Shown here: positions 16,098 through 22,547 of the stretch, one piece after another
Numbering within the stretch: position 1 is the first letter of the stretch
Layout: every line of letters starts with the position of its first letter
DNA from: Candidatus Iainarchaeum sp.
GTDB taxonomy: Archaea; Iainarchaeota; Iainarchaeia; Iainarchaeales; GCA-2688035
Reading direction: 5' to 3'
NCBI GenBank assembly: GCA_017610205.1
Contig: JAFCCL010000014.1
Span: 1-22,547, forward strand
DNA: 22,547 nucleotides
Notes under the pieces: model-generated
What the model saw: the letters and a program-made list of their open reading frames with translations, nothing else
What the model was told of the DNA's origin: nothing
Database searches by the model: none
Program-made: the position numbers and the translations under genes

Positions 16098-16709
16098 TCA
16101 TTTTTTTAAGTAATTTAGAGTCAGTTTTGAATATAAATCAGTATATTTCTTTAGGTGACTTGTTTCTACAAATTCATTGGTGGTGTGTGCCATTAATTGA
16201 TTTCCAGGCCCAAGAACAACAATGTTTGGCTCGTTTTCAAATATTTCTGCTTCAAGGTAAAATGATGCGTCTGTTCCAAATATTGATTGTCTTGGTTTAA
16301 TGTTTGTTTCAAGAATTTTTTCCATTTCTTCGAGTGCAAATTCTGTGAAACTGCTTTTTGTTGAATCAAATGGCCCGTATATTCTTTTTCCAATACTTTC
16401 GAAAAGATTTGTTCCAATAAATTTGTAGCCTGCTTTTGAAAGGTCCTCTTCAGAAACTAGTGATTTTTCCAGGTTTTTTATTTCTTTAATGGTTTCTTTT
16501 AGTGCTTGTTCTGCAAATTCTTTTTTTTCTTCTGGCAAAATTGTTTCAAGTTGTCTTTCGAGAGGCATTCCAACAAGGCTTTCAAAAAAAAATCGGGTTA
16601 TTTTTTTACAACCAAGTTTGCCAAGCGTGTAATTTATTGTTTCAAAAATACCTTGGTTGCTATCAGCCAGTGTTCCGTCAAAATCAAAAATAAGCAATTT
16701 TGTACTCAT
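16098..16709 (-). pseudogene. Chimeric ORF: HAD-hydrolase N-terminus fused to M20 peptidase C-terminus
   Basis: IFDFDGTLADS (HAD motif I plus cap start) with no HAD motifs II-IV. The C-terminus has FGTDASF...VVLGPGN...AHTTNEFV (M20/ArgE-DapE). The likely start is ATG 16709. Confidence 0.7.
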
Positions 16710-16719
16710 ACTATTCACA

Positions 16720-16773
16720 TTACCACTCATAACTTTCTGTCACACACATTATTTGCTGTCCTACTTTTCCCAC
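16720..16773 (-). CDS. 17-aa peptide MGKVGQQIMCVTESYEW
   Basis: GTG start 4 nt after AGGTGA (the same SD type as vapB), with GGAGG further upstream. It fills the gap between the wHTH and HAD genes and is not in the ORF track. Confidence 0.55.
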   Translation of the reverse strand: MGKVGQQIMCVTESYEW

Positions 16774-16795
16774 TTAATCACCTAAAATACCTCCT

Positions 16796-17179
16796 TCATT
16801 TTGATTCATATACTATTGGTTGAATTTTTTTCAACTGAATGGTTGAATTTGGTGAAAAAACTCTTGTTCTGCTTTGCAAAAATCCTTCAACTGGTTGAGT
16901 GTATGCTTCTTCAAGGTTTGTTCCAAATTGCTTGATTTCCCTAATCCACTTAAGGTTTAAACAGTATTTTCTTTCGTGCTTGGCCAGGACTTTGTTTTCA
17001 ACCAGTTTCTTTAATGCTTTGTGCACTGCCTGCTGTGAAACGCTCAAAGAATAGTCTCTTACAACAGCAAAATAAATTTCTTTTAAAGAAAGAGGCCATT
17101 CATTTCCCAAAACATTGACAATCGCATCCTTTACTTTCCCGCCACCATTTACACAACCTGGCGAAGCTACTAATAACAA
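16796..17179 (-). CDS. Winged helix DNA-binding protein
   Basis: KDAIVNVLGNEWPLSLKEIY...SVSQQAVHKALKKLVENKVL...YCLN wHTH pattern. Confidence 0.8.
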   Translation of the reverse strand: MLLVASPGCVNGGGKVKDAIVNVLGNEWPLSLKEIYFAVVRDYSLSVSQQAVHKALKKLVENKVLAKHERKYCLNLKWIREIKQFGTNLEEAYTQPVEGFLQSRTRVFSPNSTIQLKKIQPIVYESK

Positions 17180-17195
17180 AACACATTACTCCCAA

Positions 17196-17280
17196 AAACT
17201 TTGATTGAACACAAGTGCAATCCCAGGCATTTGACCAAACAGGATTACACAAGAGTTCTTCGGCAATGCAAGCACTACCG
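17196..17280 (-). ncRNA. Structured leader upstream of the minus-strand operon
   Basis: Minus strand: CGGUAGUG[CUUG]CAUUGCCG hairpin, then a GUGUAAUCCU/GGGAUUGCAC stem extended by GAAC/GUUC. Several G-U pairs are valid only on the minus strand. Confidence 0.5.
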
Positions 17281-17315
17281 CTGTTATTAGTTTCTTTTTT
17301 TTTGCTTATTATTAA

Positions 17316-17398
17316 TTTTTAGCTAAAAAGGATAACCCTATTATAGTATTTTTATAGCAATGGTTGCTATTTTTATTCTTTTTTCATAACTAAGTTAT
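17316..17398. promoter_or_regulatory. Palindromes in the divergent promoter region
   Basis: TTTTTAGCTAAAAA (17316-17329), ATAGCAA-tgg-TTGCTAT (17354-17370) and ATAACT-a-AGTTAT (17386-17398). Confidence 0.45.
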
Positions 17399-17399
17399 T

Positions 17400-18671
17400 A
17401 TGGAATTGAGGGGTCTTTCGCTTTTGGTAAGCAATCAAAAAAACCATTTTACTAATTTAATTCATAAAAAGCAGGAAAACAATAGGCGCATTAATGTTTA
17501 TTTTTCTGTTAGTTACTCACATCCAAATTACTATTATCTCGCCCAACTTTTTTATCTTTCGCAGTTGGCGTTAAAAAATAATGTTTTTCTTTATCTTTGT
17601 TTAGGCGATACTGTTCTTTTTCGGAAAAAGAGAAGCCATTTTTCAGAACCCTTCAAGGCATATAACAAGGATAAAATGGATTCTTTGATTGAGGAAGTCC
17701 GTTCAGTTGTTGAATCTTTTGGTGTTGATCCAGAAAGAATTTTTGTTTATAAGGCATCCAATAACTGGCAGAAGCTATTGAAACTCGAGGACGAAGAAGT
17801 TTTTTCTTTTTTTAAAGGGCTTAATACCATTCCATCCAAAACCCAGAACATTGGTGAGAAAATAAGTGACATTTTTTATTTGCCAAAAAACACTAAGTAT
17901 GAACTTGGATATGTTGTAAACAAATATCTTGATTTGTTTGTATCAAGCCATTTGCATCAGCTTTTTCCAGAGGATATTGAAAACAAGATTGACATTTTTG
18001 TCGCGGGTAATTATAGCGGACAACTTATTTCAAATTTGCAGGGAATTCTTGTTGATGAAGAATTAATTTCAGAAAGCAGACCAATTATAACTGCTTTTCC
18101 TTTACTCCCTTGCTTTGGACAAAGTTCATCAATAGACCAAACTTTTAATGTGCCTCATTGGGATATGCAATTGGAAGAAATCTATGATGTGATTGAAAAA
18201 TATAATCTTCCAAGAAAACATATTGAAACAATATTAAGGAATTTGATTGCTAAAACAAAAAGAAAAATGATTTTTTCAACAAACGGAAAATCGGAAGAAG
18301 TTGATTTGTCTGAAATTTCTTTAGCTAAATTCCCAGTAAAAAAACAGCGTTTCCTACTGGCACATGCTTTGTTTGATTTTCTTCAGGAAATAAAATCAAA
18401 AAACAATATTAAGAATTGCAGCAATTATTTGGATTTAAAAAATCTGAATGAAATATATGAGCTTAGCAAGGCTTTCAAAAGCCCTCTTACAATAGATATT
18501 CTCACTTTAGCAGATAAAGGACATTCAGTTTCAGAAATTGCAAGAAAACTAAATAAGCATACTTCAAACATATCTACTGCAATAAGCACTCTTAAACAAA
18601 AGGGCCTTGTGCGAATAAATGGAAACGGTAAACTAGAAAAAGCAGTTAAAGTCATAAAAATTAATTTGTGA
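17400..18671 (+). CDS. Degenerate class Ic aminoacyl-tRNA-synthetase-like (TyrRS/TrpRS fold) domain fused to a C-terminal ArsR-like wHTH
   Basis: The C-terminal HTH is clear (SVSEIARKLNKHTSNISTAISTLKQKGLV). The N-terminal ~330 aa follow the order of TyrRS elements by eye: NVYFSV, FLYLCLGD, SFGVDPERIFVYKAS, IDIFVAG, FPLLPCFG, WDMQLEEIYDVI. HIGH and KMSKS are absent. Confidence 0.6.
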   Translation: MELRGLSLLVSNQKNHFTNLIHKKQENNRRINVYFSVSYSHPNYYYLAQLFYLSQLALKNNVFLYLCLGDTVLFRKKRSHFSEPFKAYNKDKMDSLIEEVRSVVESFGVDPERIFVYKASNNWQKLLKLEDEEVFSFFKGLNTIPSKTQNIGEKISDIFYLPKNTKYELGYVVNKYLDLFVSSHLHQLFPEDIENKIDIFVAGNYSGQLISNLQGILVDEELISESRPIITAFPLLPCFGQSSSIDQTFNVPHWDMQLEEIYDVIEKYNLPRKHIETILRNLIAKTKRKMIFSTNGKSEEVDLSEISLAKFPVKKQRFLLAHALFDFLQEIKSKNNIKNCSNYLDLKNLNEIYELSKAFKSPLTIDILTLADKGHSVSEIARKLNKHTSNISTAISTLKQKGLVRINGNGKLEKAVKVIKINL

Positions 18672-18677
18672 TACAGC

Positions 18678-19478
18678 ATGGATAACTACGACCTTGTTAC
18701 TATAGGCCATGTCGGCTATGACTTTCCTGAAACTAAACAGGGGGAAAAAAAGATTCTCGGGGGTGCAGCATACTTTGCGGCCAAAGCAGCTTCTCTATTC
18801 TCAAAAAAATTGGGGATTGTAAGCAGAATTGGTTCAGATTTTGATGTAAGGAACCTGCAAGAACTTGGTATTGACCTTTCCGGAATAAAAGTGATTAATG
18901 GCGGAAAAACATTTAGATGGTATGCAAAGTACGATGAAGAATTTAATGTTATTAGTTCTAGAGGCGAGCTTAATGTAGGCGAAAACATATCCCCTGAAGA
19001 CATTCCCGAAAAGCTATTAAACACACAATTTTTTCATGTAGCAAGTATGCCACCACAAATGCAGAAAAAAATTGTTTCATATATTAAAGAAAAGAATTGT
19101 CAGGCAACAATAAGCATTGATACCATAGAAGCTTTTCTTCTTAAATGGCCAGAAGAAACAAACAAAGTCTTTTCAACTGCAGACATAGTTTTCGTTAATG
19201 AAAAGGAATTCCAACTACTTAATAGTAATATAAGGCAAAACAAACAGATAGTCAAAAAAATGGGTTCAAATGGAGCAGAGGCACTTTTCAATGGGAACAA
19301 ATTCACAGTACCCGCACCAAAAGTCGACAAAGTTTTTGACACTACTGGCGCCGGCGATACTCTTGCAGGAGTTTTTCTCACCCTTCTTGCAAAAGGTGAA
19401 ACAACAAAAAAAGCATTAAAGGAGGCGGTTAAAATTGCTTCAAAATCAGTTACAGCTTTTGGAATCGGACACATTTAA
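18678..19478 (+). CDS. PfkB/ribokinase-family kinase (possibly nucleoside kinase)
   Basis: LGGAAYFAA, VFVNEKE, KMGSNGA and DTTGAGDT signatures. Confidence 0.9.
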   Translation: MDNYDLVTIGHVGYDFPETKQGEKKILGGAAYFAAKAASLFSKKLGIVSRIGSDFDVRNLQELGIDLSGIKVINGGKTFRWYAKYDEEFNVISSRGELNVGENISPEDIPEKLLNTQFFHVASMPPQMQKKIVSYIKEKNCQATISIDTIEAFLLKWPEETNKVFSTADIVFVNEKEFQLLNSNIRQNKQIVKKMGSNGAEALFNGNKFTVPAPKVDKVFDTTGAGDTLAGVFLTLLAKGETTKKALKEAVKIASKSVTAFGIGHI

Positions 19479-20313
19479 GGAGCTAACGGCTCCGACAAAA
19501 GTTTGCTGGAATCTAACTAGTCGCTGCAATCTTCAATGCAAGTTTTGTTATGGCCCTCAAAATATTAAACAAGAATTAAATACAATACAGGTAAAAAAAG
19601 TTCTTGACAAGCTTAAAAAAGCAGGCGTTCAAAGAATTGTTCTAAGTGGCGGAGAGCCTTTGTTGAGAAAAGACATTCATAAAATAATAATACACGCATA
19701 TTCACTCGGCCTTACTATTTCCTTAGCAACAAATGGACTTCTCTTAAACGAAATGTTCCTTGAACAAACAAAGAATTATCTGTCAATGATAGAAATTACA
19801 GTCGACGGACCCGACAACAAAATAGAGGAATCTATGAGGGGAAACAAGAAAATATTCCACCAAATTACCAAAAATCTTGAGATGGTAAAAAGCAAGGGCA
19901 TTCCAATTAAAATCAACACAATGGTCTGCAAAAAGAATTTTCTCTTAATAGAACAAATAGGCCTAATTGTGAAAAAATATAATCCCAAATGTTGGAAAAT
20001 ATTTCAATTCATTCCAAAAAACAGAGGCAGACTCTATAAAGAAGAATTTGAGATAACAAACCAAGAATTTGAACAATTAAAACAAAAAATTACAAACAAG
20101 TTTTCAGAACTAGATATTATCTGGGCATCAAAAGATTTTTTTAATGGCTCATATTTTGATATTTATCCAAATGGAAACGTTATGATTCCAGAAATAGAAA
20201 AGGATAATCAAATTGGAAACATTTTAACACAAAGTGTTGAAGAACTCTGGAACAATACTTTAGTAGACAAAAAAAAACACATACAGCAAGCAGCAGTTCC
20301 ATATGAAAGTTAA
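19435..20313 (+). CDS. Radical SAM enzyme, viperin-like
   Basis: CNLQCKFC, SGGEPLL, ATNG, IKINTMV, WKIFQF, FEITNQEF and SYFDIYPNG motifs. GGAGG at 19421 precedes the TTG start, which overlaps the pfkB end. Confidence 0.85.
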   Translation: MLQNQLQLLESDTFKELTAPTKVCWNLTSRCNLQCKFCYGPQNIKQELNTIQVKKVLDKLKKAGVQRIVLSGGEPLLRKDIHKIIIHAYSLGLTISLATNGLLLNEMFLEQTKNYLSMIEITVDGPDNKIEESMRGNKKIFHQITKNLEMVKSKGIPIKINTMVCKKNFLLIEQIGLIVKKYNPKCWKIFQFIPKNRGRLYKEEFEITNQEFEQLKQKITNKFSELDIIWASKDFFNGSYFDIYPNGNVMIPEIEKDNQIGNILTQSVEELWNNTLVDKKKHIQQAAVPYES

Positions 20314-20316
20314 ACG

Positions 20317-20406
20317 AAGTAACGGAATTCTACTTGCCTACCTGTAATCTTTCAAAGCGATTACAATTTGGTTAATCTCCAAGTTTTTCAAGCTATTCCG
20401 TCACTT
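20317..20406 (-). other. Multi-stem intergenic structure
   Basis: Minus strand: closing stem AAGTGACGGAAT/ATTCCGTTACTT (12 bp, one G-U) with an inner TGTAATC/GATTACA stem. Confidence 0.4.
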
Positions 20407-20440
20407 TTATTAACCACCTACCCCCCACTACTAATACAAT

Positions 20441-21334
20441 ATGCCTTCAAAGAAAGCGCACAAAGCACAGGCTGCATTGGAATACCTTATAACTTACGGT
20501 TGGGCTCTTGTTGCAATTGCCACCATTGTAGGAGTTCTTGTTTTTGTAGCAGGTGGAGGAGTAAACACAAACACCTGCACAACCTTTCTTACAATGATAT
20601 GCAAGGGAATTGGAGTAGACGGAGACACCCTTGTAATGGTGCTTCAAAACTCAAGCGGGCAAAGAATCTCAATAAACCCCTTTTCAGACATCTGCTTTGA
20701 CAACCAATGCGGATACGCAACAATAGAATACAACGGAACAACATACCGCTTTGAAACAGCACAAATAGACACAGGAGCACAATTCACAATACTCGGAGCA
20801 GGCCAAGTCCTCGCAAGCGAAATAAGAATAACCTACGTAGAACAAGCAACAGGACTAGAAAAAACAGTAACCTCAACAATGGGAACAGAAGCACCAGACG
20901 ACATAGAACTAAGCAATGACGGAAAAGACACAGACGGAGACGGGCTAGTAGACTGCAAAGACCCAGACGTGACAGGACCATGCGAATACATTGTAGAAAA
21001 CGGCACGCCAAGCGCAACAACAATACCAGATGGGAGCAACATAACAATCACATTTGGCAAACCAGAAATAGCAGGAGAATGGGCAATTACCACAACAACA
21101 ATAGCATTCTATGTAACATCAGGCGCAGGAGCAGAAGCAAAAGCAAAACCCACTGCGATTCCTACGTGGAGCAGTCCCATAACTGTTAAAACAGGTTGGA
21201 ATTATATTGAAACTTCTGATATCATTACATTGGAAAGCGGCAATGAATTTGATTTAGGTGTTAGCGGAAGCGATATAATTATTTCAAATGAAGATGAGAA
21301 AAAGCCAAAAGCAGTAATGACACTAGAACCATGA
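20441..21334 (+). CDS. Type IV pilin-like protein with class III signal peptide and Ca-binding loop
   Basis: KA|QAALEYLITYGWALVAIATIVGVL start and NDGKDTDGDGLVDCKDPD loop. Confidence 0.9.
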   Translation: MPSKKAHKAQAALEYLITYGWALVAIATIVGVLVFVAGGGVNTNTCTTFLTMICKGIGVDGDTLVMVLQNSSGQRISINPFSDICFDNQCGYATIEYNGTTYRFETAQIDTGAQFTILGAGQVLASEIRITYVEQATGLEKTVTSTMGTEAPDDIELSNDGKDTDGDGLVDCKDPDVTGPCEYIVENGTPSATTIPDGSNITITFGKPEIAGEWAITTTTIAFYVTSGAGAEAKAKPTAIPTWSSPITVKTGWNYIETSDIITLESGNEFDLGVSGSDIIISNEDEKKPKAVMTLEP

Positions 21335-21407
21335 TAAAAAGTAACTTTTTAACGTTAAAAGATAAACTATAAGCTTTAAAAAGAACAGGAACAGCAATAC
21401 ATACAGA

Positions 21408-22547
21408 ATGGACCTTAAAAAGGCAGCCTTAATACTACTAATATTACTAATATTTTCCTGCTCTGTTTACTCAGAAGACCTAACACCACAAACAAAAAAA
21501 TACATCGTCTTGTTCTCTGAAAACGCAGACAAAACAGTAGCAGAAAACTATGGCACAATAGAATACGAATTTACAACAATAAACGCCATACTAATTAACC
21601 TAACAGAAAAACAAGCCCAAACACTAGCCCAAGAACCAGGCATTAAAAGCATTGAAGAAGACCAAGAAATACAAATAGGAACAGCTGCCAGCACGCAAAC
21701 AAAAAAAGAAGACGAAATTACAATAATGAGCGAAGGAACTCAAATAACAAGCCACACCACAGGAAGCCAATGGAACCTTGAAGAAACAGGAATAAACGCA
21801 GAAAACGCCTGGAACAACTTCAATGTAGACGGTCAAGGAGTAACAATAGCAATCATTGACTCAGGAGTCAACTACAACCTCCCAGACCTAAACGGAGCAA
21901 AATACCTAGGCGGATACGACTACTGCGTAACAGGAACAGGAACAAGGTGCAGCGGAGAAGACACCAACCCAATGGACGAATACGGCCACGGAACAGAAAT
22001 GGCAACAGCAATGCTTGGAGAAGGAACAACAATATCAGGAATAGCACCAAACACACAATACTACGCAGTAAAAATCACAAACAGCGACAGCAGAAGCAGT
22101 ACAAGCACTCTACTCAAAGCACTTGACTGGGTAGCAGCACAAGGAGGAGCAGACATAACATATATGGGAGTATATACATATATTTCTACAAGCAACGGCA
22201 TATTTATTCACACACATTACGAAGATGGCTGGCTCTTTGTTTCACCAGCATATGATTCTATAGCAATATGTCCTGCTGCATATACATATGTTATCGGAGC
22301 TGGCGCCCATTCACGTTATGAACCACAGAGTGTAATGAGCACTACAGGCTATTACGCCGAAGTCCTTGCTCCAGGTGAAGAAGTTCCTGTTTTGGCTTTG
22401 GATGGCAGCATAGTAAATGCTGCCGATTCAGTTGGTGTTGCCGCAGCCCAGGTTGCAGGCGCACTTGCTTTGATGATTGATTACAACAGACAACAGGATT
22501 TGGGTTATGACAATACTGCTTTATGGGACGTTTTGAATTACAGTGCA
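21408..22547 (+). CDS. Secreted S8 subtilase-like protein with I9-like propeptide, catalytic Ser absent (partial, runs off window)
   Basis: 380 open codons, not in the ORF track. Signal peptide, then KYIVLF...IKSIEEDQ propeptide, GVTIAIIDSG (Asp), YGHGT (His), GIAP and LAPG. DSVGVAAAQVAG replaces SGTSMAAPHVAG. Confidence 0.85.
   Translation, partial: MDLKKAALILLILLIFSCSVYSEDLTPQTKKYIVLFSENADKTVAENYGTIEYEFTTINAILINLTEKQAQTLAQEPGIKSIEEDQEIQIGTAASTQTKKEDEITIMSEGTQITSHTTGSQWNLEETGINAENAWNNFNVDGQGVTIAIIDSGVNYNLPDLNGAKYLGGYDYCVTGTGTRCSGEDTNPMDEYGHGTEMATAMLGEGTTISGIAPNTQYYAVKITNSDSRSSTSTLLKALDWVAAQGGADITYMGVYTYISTSNGIFIHTHYEDGWLFVSPAYDSIAICPAAYTYVIGAGAHSRYEPQSVMSTTGYYAEVLAPGEEVPVLALDGSIVNAADSVGVAAAQVAGALALMIDYNRQQDLGYDNTALWDVLNYSA

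Noticed and set aside
16060-16101. Short minus-strand ORF MKTETYFNFKRNN overlapping the HAD/M20 stop, and plus-strand MKVKRSNGILLAYL at 20303
   Set aside because: No SD or recognisable features; possibly stubs of deleted genes but unsupported.
20441-22547. Diversity-generating retroelement target in A-rich surface genes
   Set aside because: No reverse transcriptase and no TR/VR pair differing at adenines was seen.

Overview
AT-rich archaeal DNA, most likely DPANN (Diapherotrites/Iainarchaeota-like). This is inferred from BRE/TATA promoters, AGGTGA-type SD sites, a 'KAQAALEYLITYGW' class III pilin, an archaeosortase and DPANN-style wHTH proteins. Left to right the window holds: (1) the end of an IS481-like element that interrupts a membrane-anchored protein gene just upstream of an archaeosortase; (2) a decaying accessory block with two NYN nuclease genes, each preceded by a UUCG-capped RNA hairpin, two related C/D-box-like elements (one antisense to a conserved 16S rRNA segment), a doubly frameshifted DUF5680-like gene and a membrane protein; (3) a 2825-aa giant surface protein; (4) a wHTH gene and a vapBC toxin-antitoxin pair flanked by direct repeats; (5) a large pilin-like protein; (6) a divergent nucleotide-chemistry island, with wHTH, an unannotated 17-aa peptide, a HAD/M20 chimera and MazG on the minus strand, and a degenerate TyrRS/TrpRS-fold-HTH fusion, a PfkB kinase and a viperin-like radical SAM enzyme on the plus strand; (7) a class III pilin and a subtilase lacking its catalytic Ser, running off the window end. 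The island in (6) and the NYN plus structured-leader pairs are the best candidates for undescribed systems. All family calls come from motif recognition by eye; no searches were run.
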